From: Elsinoe ampelina
Lineage: Eukaryota
Direction: 5' to 3'
DNA length: 64,000 nucleotides
NCBI GenBank assembly: GCA_010093995.1
Contig: ML992512.1
Span: forward strand, 405,736 to 469,735
Numbering within the stretch: position 1 is the stretch's first letter; each line of letters begins with the position of its first letter. This document shows positions 47,623 through 59,899 of this stretch, piece after piece. The position numbers and the translations under genes were made by a program. Under the pieces are notes generated by a model. That model was not told where the DNA came from, made no database searches, and saw only the letters and a list, made by a program, of their open reading frames with translations.

Positions 47623-49211
47623 ATGGAGAGGACATACCGCGTACTATCACGCCGGCGTCACGCTGTGAGGGCATATTCTACAACGACTTCAAGCACGCAA
47701 CAGGGAACAGATAGCAGTACCATCCCGCCACCATGGCGACCTGCAACCGCCCTAGATGAGTCAGGAGAACTCGTCAATCCTTGACCACACTCGCTAATGC
47801 TGTGGTACAGATGGGTAGAACGAGAAGCTCGGCCAATCAGTCTGCGCCAGCTCACAGTGTTCGGCAGAACATTGAGTGAAGGTCGATTGCTAAGTTCCGC
47901 CAACTATGTTCGACTCGAGTTACCAACACGGTATGTACTCTATGGATGAATCCGTTCATTTTGCTGATGATGGGTAGTATCGCGCATCGATTACGGAACA
48001 TGCAAACTCTACCATACTCCGCTCTTACCAACCAGCACATCTCCCATGTGCACGAGCTATACTACTCTGCCTTTGAGAAGCTCCGAAAAGTCCCAGAAGT
48101 GCGGACGCTGGCTGATAATGATCAGCTCTGTGCTGTCATTCGAGAATGCCTACATGAGCATCTTTCGGTCATACCAGCCCTGGCCATGGGTGTGCTCGAA
48201 ATCCAGTCGGCCGTGCCAGCAGATGTCTGCGACCAATTAATGCGAACCATGTTGCGATCACGAATATCTCGGAGGGTGATAGCTGAGCAACATTTGGCGC
48301 TAACAGACACATATCATTCCCCACACTCGATGCGCAGATCACAATCAGCTGGCTCTGCGCCTGACGAAGACTTTATTGGCGAGGTCTTCCTCAAGTGCAA
48401 AGCTCGCGAGATCATCGACACCTGCTCTAGCACAATCACTCGACTTGCCCGCCGAGCTCATGGCAAAGATACGCCCTTGCCCGAAGTCAAACTATTTGGT
48501 GACGTTGAAACCACCTTCCCATATATTCCCAGCCATATTGAATACATCATCGGCGAGCTTCTTCGCAACAGCACTCAAGCCATTCTCGCTCGAGCTCGTA
48601 CAAACCCGGAATCATGGACATCTACGTCTTCCTCACCCGCCACACCCTCGGGTGCCGTCCCACCCATCGAAGTGCTCATTTGCGAATCAGCACAACACAT
48701 CATTATCCGCGTATCCGACCAGGGCGGTGGTGTCGCGCGGGATGTACTTCCTTATCTCTGGAGCTTCACGACAGGACCACGCAAGGAAAAGCGCTTGAAA
48801 GATCTGGAGCAGGTCCCGCGTCTAGCAGGGACACTCCAAGAAATTGCTGTGCCGCCGAGCATACCACCGGAAGACTCTAGTATTAGCAGCATCACCGATG
48901 CTGAGACCCTGAGAAGTAGCAAGCATACGCCCGAATCTGCTCAGGATTCTACGGAGGACTCCGAAACAAGCAGAAAATCACAAAGCAGGAAAGACAGGTA
49001 CGATAACAGCTTATCGACATTCACAGCCCGACCACCAGGACTCAGACTTGGTATCGGTCTACCAATGAGCAGGATATATGCCGAGTACTGGGCTGGAAGT
49101 TTGGAATTGCATAGCTTGGAAGGATATGGCGTCGACGCTTTCTTGCAGATCAGTAAACTTGGGAACAGGAATGAGGTATTGAGTACGAGAGCTAGCATGG
49201 ATGCTGTCTGA
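47623..49211 (+). CDS. Mitochondrial alpha-ketoacid dehydrogenase kinase (PDK/BCKDK family, Pkp-like)
   Basis: ATG 47623 with presequence (..RRRHAVRAYST); introns 47760-47810 and 47931-47977. ANYVRLELPTRIAHR, RISRRVIAEQH, N box ELLRNS, DQGGG, GLGIGLPMSRIYAEYWAG. Confidence 0.9.
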
Positions 49212-49290
49212 TTCGAAGCATGTTATGAACAGGCAAAGAGAAAGGTCTCATGACTCGTTAATACGTACAGTGATGTCGACGACTATGCCT

Positions 49291-50928
49291 TTATTTACAC
49301 TTTTTCACCCTCTGCATCATCCTCCTCAGCCGCTTCTGATGCCACCCACTTGTCCACGTTTGGCCATCCTTCCTCAAAGCATCACTCTTTCCATCCTTTA
49401 CACCGATGTCAATCTCTCCCATCTTTAGCTGATTGTCCATATAGCACCTTCCTGGCCTCCACATCCACTGCTTGCATTCATCCCATTCCTCACAAGCCCT
49501 TTCACAGCCATCTTCGTCCTCAGTCGCCTCCAGCTCCGCCCCTTTCCACTCTGCAGGATCAATCAACCCATCCTTCCCCCTCTCCTCTTCCATGAGCACA
49601 TCCTCCGCCACCAACCTCCTCTTCTCGGCCCCATTCTCCCACCCCCTCCTCCTGCCCCTCATAACCCCCAACATTAACCTCTCCACCACCTCCCTCCTCA
49701 ACATCTTCTCCCCCCACCCATACCTCCCCACCCACTCGCCCTGCAACGCCCACAAATCACTCACCAACGCGCTATCAACATGATGCATCGTCACCAACGG
49801 CTCACACAACTTGCCCTCATCCAACTCCACCCCCCCCAAATTCTCACTCTGCAAAAAACTCCCACCCCCCTCCAACTCCACCCCCGCCTCCTTCAGCGCA
49901 ACAGCCAAAATCGCATCCCCCATCGAATGCCTCGTCGTCTCCGCCTCCCACCTGGCATCATACTTGTCCACCCCCTCCTCCTCCCTCCGCCGCACGAGCT
50001 TCTCCACCGCCGGTCGCGAGAGGATATACCCGCTCCCGCCGTGCGCGAAGGATATATCCCCCACCACCCTGCCGGCGCCGATGTAGCGCGCCTTCTTCGC
50101 GTCGAGGGTGGCGAGCCACAGGAGCAGATTGAGCCACGAGACGGACGTGTCGGCTTCGATGAAGAAGAACCACTCGATGTGCGCCGGGGCGGCGGCGTAC
50201 GTCGCGAATGTCTGGGGGAGGAATTTCCACTTGTCGAGGTCCCAGCTGCGGGACCCGGCGCGGGGGAGGCTGGCGGGGGGGAGGCGGAGTTGGCGCGCGA
50301 GGTGCAGGTGGCGGTAGTGCGTGAAGTCCGGGTGGGAGGTTTTGTGGGTGCTGCTGATGTTGGACAGGGCGTCGTGGATGGTGTGCCCTGCGAAGGTGTC
50401 CGGAGCGTCGGAGAAGATTATGAGGTTGGCGGGGGAGATGCAGTGGGAGAGGGTGAGGAGGTGGGCGGGGAGTTTGGCGTGGAGTTCGGTGGCGCCGGTT
50501 TTGAGCGTGATGAAGATGTTGGAGGAGTCTGGGGCGGTGGAGCAGTGGTCGTCTGTTGTGGATAGGGTGCTTGAGGTGGTGGGGCGCAAGCTGAAGTCGT
50601 TGGTGTCGTGGTCTTTGGACGTGTCCTCTGTTGCTAGTCTCGATGTTGCTCCGTGCCTACCAGATGATCCTTCGAGGTCGACTTTGCCCGCTACCTCATC
50701 CTCATCGGACCAAAGGTCATCCAGATCGATGTGTTTAGCAGTATCTTGCTTCAGCTCACCCGTCGGCGCTTTTTCCAGGCACGACGTAGGCTTCCAGATA
50801 TTCGAAGCATGAGAGCGGACATGACTTGAACTATTGAGAAAAAGGACGCATCCAATGACGAATGCTACGACAGAAAGCAGCGCTCGACACGGACGAGTCC
50901 GCATCGAGCGGAGCGTTGGTGCAAACAT
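49291..50928 (-). CDS. Glycosyltransferase family 31 (fringe-like), type II membrane protein
   Basis: Likely ATG 50928 followed by TM; LKTGATE, WDLDKWKFLP, WFFFIEADT, FAHGGSGYILS, MGDAILA, PLVTMHH; Cys-rich C-terminal module. Confidence 0.88.
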   Translation of the reverse strand: MFAPTLRSMRTRPCRALLSVVAFVIGCVLFLNSSSHVRSHASNIWKPTSCLEKAPTGELKQDTAKHIDLDDLWSDEDEVAGKVDLEGSSGRHGATSRLATEDTSKDHDTNDFSLRPTTSSTLSTTDDHCSTAPDSSNIFITLKTGATELHAKLPAHLLTLSHCISPANLIIFSDAPDTFAGHTIHDALSNISSTHKTSHPDFTHYRHLHLARQLRLPPASLPRAGSRSWDLDKWKFLPQTFATYAAAPAHIEWFFFIEADTSVSWLNLLLWLATLDAKKARYIGAGRVVGDISFAHGGSGYILSRPAVEKLVRRREEEGVDKYDARWEAETTRHSMGDAILAVALKEAGVELEGGGSFLQSENLGGVELDEGKLCEPLVTMHHVDSALVSDLWALQGEWVGRYGWGEKMLRREVVERLMLGVMRGRRRGWENGAEKRRLVAEDVLMEEERGKDGLIDPAEWKGAELEATEDEDGCERACEEWDECKQWMWRPGRCYMDNQLKMGEIDIGVKDGKSDALRKDGQTWTSGWHQKRLRRMMQRVKKCK

Positions 50929-51530
50929 CTTGAACGAACGAAATAGCAAAACACGGAAAGATGACAAGACCACAGAAAGCAGACTTACGGGATAGAGAAC
51001 AAGAGCTATCAGTGATTCGCAGTCTGAATTTCTGTGGGTGTCAGGAGGAGATAAGCCGTTGGGGATGGAGTCGCCACAGAAGGCCGGTAGAAAACGTGGC
51101 ATGTACGACCGTTGATTAGGGCTCGGGCGGACCATCAATAATTGAAAGTCATTATCAACCTATACAGTGCGATTTTGCATGGGTGCATGCATCCGCTGCA
51201 TGATTGCATCCTTGCAGAGATGATGATGTTGAGTGTCGTCGAAAGTCACACGTAAGCTTCGTGGTCGATACGAATCAAGTGATGCTTCTTTGCTGGCACC
51301 TCCGTCATGAGCAAAAGGGTGTCGTTCGGAATGAAGCTCGTCGCATAGCAGTAGTGAGATTCGCTAACAAGTCAAGCCCAGCCAGTGCGGGTCACATTGC
51401 TGCGTCGTCCTCTTACCTGGCCGTGATTCGTTCATGAAATAGTATAATCAAATCACTTACCTCCAGCCCAGCCATTAGCTTTCGAAGGTATCGCACGCAA
51501 TACTCACCATCCCATCTTCACATTCCCATT

Positions 51531-52435
51531 CTAATAGCTCTTCCTCTTCCCACCACCCCCTCGTCCTCCTCTCCCCCCGCTGCCGCCACCACTGCTTATC
51601 CCCCCACCCCTCCCCCCTCTCCTCGGCGTCGAATTAAGATTCACCTCCCTCCCCCTCCTCTCCGACGCCATCCTACTCCCCTCCCTCCCCCTCTCCCTCT
51701 TCTTCTCCTTCATCTCCCTCCTCGCTCGCTCCGCAGCCTCGCTCCTCCCCCTCTGTATCAGAGCATCCACATCCTCAGGCTCGTCCTCCTCACTACTATC
51801 TCCACTCCCACCGTCACTCCCACTCCCACTCGCACTACTCCCACCCTCATCCCCCACCTCTTCCTCCCCCGCCCTCCCCCTCATCTTAGGCAAAGGCCTC
51901 CCGAACGTCCTCCTCCCCACGCCCTCCCCGTCTCCATCCTCCCTATCTATCTCCCCCAGCCCCACAATCCTAAATCTGCCCCCCACCACCCCTCCATCCC
52001 CATCCCCATCCCCATCCCCATCCTCCCCCTCCCCTTGCCCCGACTGCACCGTAGACAAAACCCACCTCGTCTCCCCCTTTTCCCGTCCCAGTCGCTCGAG
52101 CGCTTCATCCCTCTTCGCCTCCTCTGCTTGGATTGACTCGCGCACGATGCGTTCCTGGGATGTCTCGCGCCGGCGGTCGGGGGTGTACGAGGGGAGGGAG
52201 GAGCCGTTGGAGAGACGCTGTTTTTTGGTTGGAGGGGCGGAGGGGTTGGAGGGGGAGTTGGGGTGGGGTGCAGAGGGGGGATTGGAGGTGGAGGCGGCGG
52301 CGCGTTGCATGAACTGGGTGAGTTAGCGAGGGGCGGGAGGGGGGTGGGTAGGATTGGGAGGGGGGAAAGGAAGGTAGAAGGGGGGGGAAGCGGGTGGGGA
52401 AAGCTGACCTTCATGGTGAGAAGGCGGGAAGACAT
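51531..52435 (-). CDS. MPP6: Mpp6-like nuclear exosome cofactor
   Basis: MSSRLLTMK|FMQR across intron 52314-52408 matches the Mpp6 N-terminal SSRxxxMKFM motif; GRRTFG motif; low-complexity basic tail. Confidence 0.65.
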
Positions 52436-53086
52436 GATTGCTGATATGTTGACGCTGGTATAGGCGCGATTGCCAAAGGGTCCGCTGGGCGGTCGAAGGA
52501 GTGATCGGTCGTGGAAGATTGCTGATTGTGAAGGTGTGATAAAGGAAAATGCAAGCTGCGGCGAGTCAGGATTTATTGTTGCGCGAGTCATTCTTCACAT
52601 GCTTCGAGATGGAAGTCAACAGCTTTCAAGCTTTCAACCTCGCAGCGAGTCGCATGAGCTTACAATCCGACCATGTCGGAATGGTGAAAGCGTTACCGGA
52701 GAAGTATCGTCGAGAGCAAAGGCACAAAGTGAAGAGGCCACAATGGACTGCATGCTGATAAGCTCTATGCCCACATCTCAACCCTTTCATTCATGCTCTA
52801 CCAAGCAGTACCTGCTACATCATGTATAACCGGGCGCGACCGTCTACCCTACACCCTTCTCTGTCCGCGCCCTAATCATAAATACGTCCTCGTCATGTCT
52901 TCATCCCGCACCTCATCGCCTCGGATGCAGAACCTCTTTACCCTCCCGAAAACGCCTTGCCGATATCATTGCTTCTTGTTATCGTAGAAGGTCTGGACCA
53001 TGCATTGCATACCAGTCGTGCGGTCCCGCGCATCCCATGTCGTTCCTAGCCCATGGCTCAGCAGATCCTGATTGGGAAACTCTTCA

Positions 53087-56000
53087 TCATCTGATGTTCA
53101 GCCTCTCGTGCTGTGCCCACGTGTTCCTGTTCTTGTTGACGTGCTCCAGTCCTAGCTGATCGTCGCTCTGCATCTTCTCGCTCAGCACATCCTCATCGTC
53201 GATATAAGCTGGTTTGGCATATGCCTGACCGCCTCTGATGACTGCGAACTTGATCTTCTCGAAAGCCTTGCCCTTGATTCCAGTCCGCTTCGACAGTCGC
53301 TCCTTAGTCTCTGTGAAGATCTCTCCCTCTTTGAGCAGGAATACGAACGGAATGTTGTGCGTTTTTGAAGGATCCTTTTCGTAGTGGAAAGCCGATATTT
53401 GACGAGCAGCCGAGTCGTCTGTGATATCTGCCTCCTCCTCTGGAATGGGCTCTGCGTAGACAGTGCAGAACTCATTGATGGAAGCCACAGCGTAGGTGGG
53501 CGGGATGATGCGGTGGATTTTACCCGAGTGAGCCTCCAGGAAACGGACACGAGACAGAACGTCCTGTTCGATCGAAGCCTTTTTACCCAGTATCGGTAGC
53601 ACGTCTGAAATGGTGCCTTGCTTTGGAACAAGAATGTCATGTGGTTCCTGTTCACTGGTTAGCGGAGGCAAAAAGCAAAATGACGATTGTCACTGACCTC
53701 TTTGTTGATACCGTCTGGCAGCCAGAGCACTTTGACAATCTTGCGTTGCTCAAGGTCTGCCAAACTCATCTCCAACACCTCGTAGTATAGCGAGTCTTGC
53801 GATTGGTTTGTGTATCCATACGAAGCGTAGCCTCCAGCAGCGCCAAACAGGATGCTAGTCATGTTGACGGTTGGTGAGCGCTTGACAATGGCACGAGGAC
53901 GTTGTGACTGGACGTTGATCGTGGTGAAGCGCAGGTGGGTTGGATCAACGGGCGTGCTGGAAGCTTTTGACAAGTGCTCGGCCACTTTCACAGCCAAGTT
54001 ATCGTAGGAATCCTTCTTCGATAGGTATAGGCTGAACCTGAAATTGTCTTCTGGCTCAATATTGATGTTCTGAGGTGCTGTAGGCTTAGGTGCAAAGTGG
54101 ACTGTGATGCGGTTGAGGAGATAGTCGTAGAATGACGGGGCTTCTAGGTATGCCGATGGTGACTTCTGCTGGATCGCCTGAATCTCGTCTTCCGAGTAAT
54201 GCTTCTGGAAGCAGATGATGTCGCCGTCTTGAATCTCTGATTGCGTCAAGGTCTGCTTCGGTTTCATCGTTTCGACAAAGTTGGGCTTGATCTCCTCGAA
54301 GAGCTTGAGATTAGTCGTGCCAGCCTCCCAACCCATCATGTTGAGAATCGGTTTTGCAAGATCCGCAACCTTGTCGTTCTGATTCATGTAGACATGCCCA
54401 GCACCTTTCAGTTCCTGCTTCTCGACGTCGAAATGCTTGAGGAAGATGACGATTTGCTTCTTCTCGGCATTACCATTCACTTGAGCGTCGCTGTCCCAAG
54501 AAATTGTACCATCGGCAGACTTCTCCTTCTTCTCCAGCCAGAGCTTGAAGTATGCTTGCCGGTTTGCGTGCTTCAGTGCAGCATCCTCCAGGGTCATGTT
54601 CAGTGGTGAGATGGGCTGGTCTGGTCGCTTGGTGCCGTTCTGCCTGTTGACCACTACCCATGGTCGAAGGGTCTCCGCATCTTCACCATTCTCCTCTGCG
54701 TAGAGCTTGACAAAATCTGCGACCGTCATGGCCTTGAGCACCCGCATCGGTTTTGGCGCTGATGGATCTTCCTCGTCCTGATTCTCCCACTGAACGATAT
54801 CGAATCCTTGCCAGGCCTTGAAATTGTCGTTTGTGGCGACTTGCACATTCATGTATAGATGTGCTTCCTCTCGTTCCTTGCGCCGCTTCTCAAGAAGTGC
54901 TTTCTCCTCCGCCAGTCGTGTCGGGAGATGTTCAGGTGGTTGAATCTCGTCCGAAGCTGACAAGATCTTCTCCAATCTGGATTCTCTGATGTACACTAAC
55001 ATGTAAGCACTCATGGATCGTTTCGTCGACCAGGTCCGTGAGAACGGGTTCTGCATCTTCATGCCACCACCATTTACGTTAGGACCATAGTCGCCACCAA
55101 AGTTCTCCTCCATAGCTTCTCGCTTGGTGGCTCGCGTTACTCTGTCATCGTCAAACTTGTAGAAATCGCCTTCTTTGGTTGGCTTGATGAAAGCGTAATA
55201 GTGTCCGGCATTCATGTCTCCACTGTGTACCAGGACCCCATGGAGGTGATATACGTAAGGTTCTGACTTGTCCGCAGTCTCCGAAAGGTATGGTGCTGCA
55301 TCCCAAACCTCCGGAAACTCGTATCGATCATTGACCTTGACCATCATGTCCCGTTGGAAGTCGTACTCGAATCGCTTAAGTTGTAGGTGCAAAACTTGGG
55401 GGAAGCTCTCGAAGATGACACCCTTCTTCGCGTCTTGGAGTCCGAATCCTTCAGCATGGTATTTGTTGTCGCCTTCTAGTGTCTCAACCTCGACGTAGTT
55501 CTTGAAGCTGTCGTCTAGTGTCTTGCATCCGGAAACGTTGAGTTGGAGATCCCAAAAGTCCTCGATCCTCGATGATTCATAGTCGACATTGATACACTTC
55601 AGATACGTCTTCATCTTACCGACGAACATCTGTGCGAGGGCATTCTCCGCTTCTGTGCCTTTCATCTTCTCTTCCATCTTCTCCATCAAGATTCGGGACA
55701 ATTCCTGTACATCCTGCTGCTCGAAAATCTGCCGCGACTCCCAGCCGAAAGATTGTGTGAGCTCGGCAGTACCGACTGCGATCGGATCGGTCTGTAGACG
55801 ATAGAAGAGGCGCTGTAATGCCCAAGCGCTTGAATTCTTCGGGTCCTGCTCTTGCTCGGTGGGTATCTGGTAAACAGCTCTGCGGAATGCATTGGTGAAG
55901 TAGAGCGATTGCAGTAAGGAGTTGAGATAGCAGGTGGCTCCTTGGTTCCGCATGCCAACCATACCAGTCTCTTTTTTGGAGTCGTAGCTGCGCCGTGTTA

Positions 56001-56760
56001 GCTTCTGCGATAGCGCTGCTGGTGTGCCAAGACCTACTTATTGAAGTTGTGCCATAACACTCCTGTAGGATCTTTGATGACTCGGACGTATGCTGTGATC
56101 TTCGCCGAATCATTCTCGACCAGAGGCCTCTCCTTGTCGTCAAATTTTGTCGCAAAGATCCTATTCTTTTCGGCAAAGCGTGTGAATCCCCAATCTCCTT
56201 CCTCCACGGTGAAGCGATGGTTTGCCTCGTGGTGTAGATACATGGTCGGATCATTCGGGTTCCATAGAACCAGCATGAATTGCACACAAGCATACCAATT
56301 GTCGGGAACCTGTTCCGCTTCGAAGCCCTGCTCTAGGTAGAAACTGACAGATTCGCTCGCGTTGTTGCCTGCGGGAAAGAACAGTATTCTCCAGGGATGT
56401 CCACCAGCTTGAAAAACCGGCCCATGTGTTCTTTTCGGAAGTGTTCGCCATCCTTCAATCTCCCATGTGTGGACCTCCTCAGCTTGAATCTCGAGGTCGG
56501 GAAGTGGCGGCATCCATCTCTCTTTCATGGCGTCAAAGTCGTCAGCTCGTGGGAGCTGTTCCGCCTCGTCCATGGAGTCGTCGGGCGTTGAGATGACGGC
56601 GACGGCATCTTGCTGCTTCTCGTCATAATCGGAATCCACGAGCATGTCACTGCCAAGCTTGAAATGGGTCAGCGACCGTACTGTGCGAAGCATGGCGATG
56701 GTGGTGCAGAGATTCCTTGAGCACAGAAAAGCTCGCAGAGGCTTGACTTACTTGATCCAT
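53087..56760 (-). CDS. UBP15: Ubiquitin C-terminal hydrolase USP7/Ubp15 (MATH, UCH and Ubl domains)
   Basis: 9-nt exon 1 (MDQ); introns 56658-56751, 55988-56037 and 53648-53697. MATH DWGFTRF; Cys box GMRNQGATCYLNS; QQDVQE; His box GHYYAFI..KFDD. Confidence 0.94.
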
Positions 56761-57364
56761 TCTGGAGAAAGGGCAGGCAGAAGCTGGAGAAGGAGCGATC
56801 CTCCCAGCCGCGACTGTGAATGCCTGCTGCTATCTGACCAGGAACGATACTTGTTTACGAAGTTGCAGGCTGCGATGCTTTCTTAGCAAGGAAAAGAGCG
56901 GAAAAAGATGATGGTTGAGTCGAGCACACACGACTGAAAGTGTCCTATGAAGCTCTGAGGTGTGACGTGGGAATTGGAAAGCAATCCGGCACATTGCGCA
57001 CGGGCCCCCTCGCACATGTGCTTTGGCAAAAGAAGAAGAGAGCGGGGTGCTCTTTGGCTTCTGTGTCTATGTTTATATTCATCAGATCTTACAGTTTGCC
57101 TCGAAACGCATGCGCGACAGCAAGTGAATAGCATGTGTTACTCGCCGTCACTGGATTATGGCAGACTAGGGTTTGCAGTGTGCTCACATACAGAAAGCAT
57201 GAGCAGGCACCACTGATACCACGAGGAATGCACCTGTCAGACGCGCAACTGAGTGTAAATCATTTAGTCGATTACTCATTGCTCTCAAGAGCTATTTGAC
57301 GTTGCCAGTCATGGGTATATGCGAAAAACAACAGATCCCGCTATGCACATCCGGCCGATATCAA

Positions 57365-58898
57365 TCAAAACCTCTTGATCCATCCTTTTTTCTTCACTAC
57401 TACCCGCAAAGCCTCCTCTTCAGCGTCCTTCTTCTGTTGCTCGGCTATATTCCTCACGCAGATGCCATCCCTTCCCACCTTCTCGGCGAGGTACTCGATC
57501 GTCTTATCGTCACCCCACTGGACATTGCTCATTCTCGCGCCACAAACAATGTTCGGGGCTTTTGGCGAGTCAATGCCGGCGATCGGGACGGTCTTGACCA
57601 GCACCTTCTGCTTGTGCAGGATCTCTCCTGTATTGCTCTCGCGGTCGAGACTCATATCTCCCGCGTGAACTACTTTCCCATCTACGAGCCTCTGCTGTGC
57701 AGCGTGACGCGCCTTTGCCAACTTGTGCCTCGCTCTTGCCAATCGTGTGCCTTCGCCCTTAGGGGCTTTGGTGTGAATCTCCTCGTATGACTTTGGTCGA
57801 TCTGAATTATTGTGCTTGTGACTGTTCGTCTCGGTCGATGTCTCGTTGGCTTTGCGATCGACTTTGGAGATTTCACTCTTCCCCTCAACGTGGTGGAATA
57901 ACTCGGGATTTACACTCCAGCATTTGAGCCCAAGATTTCGGCAGCCCTCGAGCAGTCTCACATCAAAAGCCACGGTCCCGCCTTCTCTCTCCTTGGGCGC
58001 AATCTCCATCAAGAGTTTCTCTGCCGCGTACCTCGTGACCGCATAGGCGAAAGTGCATAGTGGCCTAATGGAACGGTGTACCACTCTCACATCCTCTGGC
58101 ATGTCGATCGCATTCAGTAATGCTCTTGTGTCGGCGTGCATGTCCTGCCTCCTCGGCATACTCTGATCCTCGAATCCAGCTCGTTTGACTCGGAAGTTCC
58201 ATTTGCCTGGGTTGAAATTCTCTCCACAGTGGCCCAGGTATAGCATATCCCATTGATCGGTAGGTCCCCAGTAGGTGTCCTCATCGACAGGTCCTTTTAG
58301 CTCGGCATCCCTCGTCTTGTCATCCTGTGACATCAAATACCGCATCGCAGCCGCTGTGCGTGGCGCTTGTAGGGTGCGAAGGTGAATATCCCAGTTCACG
58401 TCATCCTCCAGGATTAGAGCGGTCGTGAGATTAGTAGTGAGGAACCAGCGCAGGGTGTTAAGATGGCCTAGCCAGGCAAGGGCGGACCCGTGAGATATTG
58501 TGCTACCCTTTTCTGCCTTGATGGCTTTTGTATCTTCTTCACTCCAGGAAGGTTGAACTGGAATGGAGAGTTGGAGGCCAGTGATTTGTGCGGCCATGAT
58601 GAGCTCATTCTGCCGAGGCGAGGTGGGTACCGAGACTGCTGCGACTGCGCCGAACTGTACCTTGGTCAGACGAGGACTGTATGATGAAGTGGAAACTTAC
58701 TCCCAGAGTCAGGTTTGCTGCTGGCAGGACAGGAATGTCCAACATTCGGCCTGCCGTCGGGTGCCGCATAGCTCTTGACGAGCTATTCGCATAGCTCGAG
58801 CTGGAGTCGCGACTACTTATTAGGACATAGAAGAAGCAAAAGAATATGGTGAAGAAGGAGACTGGACGGAGCACGCGAGGGGGAGAGCGAGCGATCAT
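57365..58898 (-). CDS. Glycosyltransferase family 25 protein, type II membrane
   Basis: N-terminal TM, AANLTLG|FG across intron 58655-58700, AWLGHLN, ALILEDDVNWD, WDMLYLGHCG, PLCTFAYAVT, PELFHH. Confidence 0.87.
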
Positions 58899-59899
58899 CT
58901 TGACGACCAGACCTCAAGCTTCGTCCTCGCTCGAGATGATGAAAGAGAAGCAGAAATGACACCACTCCAAAGATTGTCGAAATCCAGAAACGTTTTTCAT
59001 GGTACTTACTGCGCCTTTGAAATATGCTAAAGGGAGCACCGCACGTGGAGAAGCGCCGTTGACAGACTATCAGATAAAGGAGACCACGTTCGATCGTTTT
59101 GGCTTGACCAGAGTCTCCTGCGGGCGATGAGCAACTAGAGCAGGGTCTAGTGGACATGGCAAGACGTCTGTTGTACGGGATGAGGAATGCTAGATTACAG
59201 AGGAAACGGTGGTGGGCTTTTTTGCCAACGGCGTACCTGCATCTATCCCTGGAATTGACGTGGCCACGGCAGAGTCGGGCCTCTAGACGGTTGAAGGCGG
59301 GATGTCCTCGCCGATACCTTTCAACAATGATGCTATGGAAATATGGGTTTTCGAGACTGAGAGCAGAGGTCGATATGCCTGTAATGCGCGAATACAAGTC
59401 GATAATTTGAGAATGCAGATGTCAGTGACAGGAGAAATAGCGCGGACTGGTGACCGGCGATCTTCAGACTGACGAGGGACATCCCGTCTAGCCCTTTCGT
59501 CTCGGCCAATCATATACATGTGATCGACAGCTATAACCAAGATCAAGTGGTCGCAAAGTGCAATTTGGTTTCACTTCAAGGCTCTCAAAAGCCATCCCTT
59601 CCTTTCTCCAAACGAAGGTCTCGGATTGTGCGCCGTCCGTGACGCTCAAACTCGAGACAGTGTGCAGATCTGCTGTTCTCGCGCTGCATCATCATTCTCA
59701 AAACATCTTTTCTCTTCGCATCCCGCCGGCCGTTTTTCAAACAAACATTTACATCACCGCGCAGGTGAACTTTCAGCCTCGTTTACACATTTACCGCCCG
59801 AGCAACCACGCTGCACGCGAGCCGCAACAACATTCGACACAGAGCAATGCTCGGTCTGAATCTTCTCCTCTATCATCTTGATCACCTGTAAGTTCCAAC

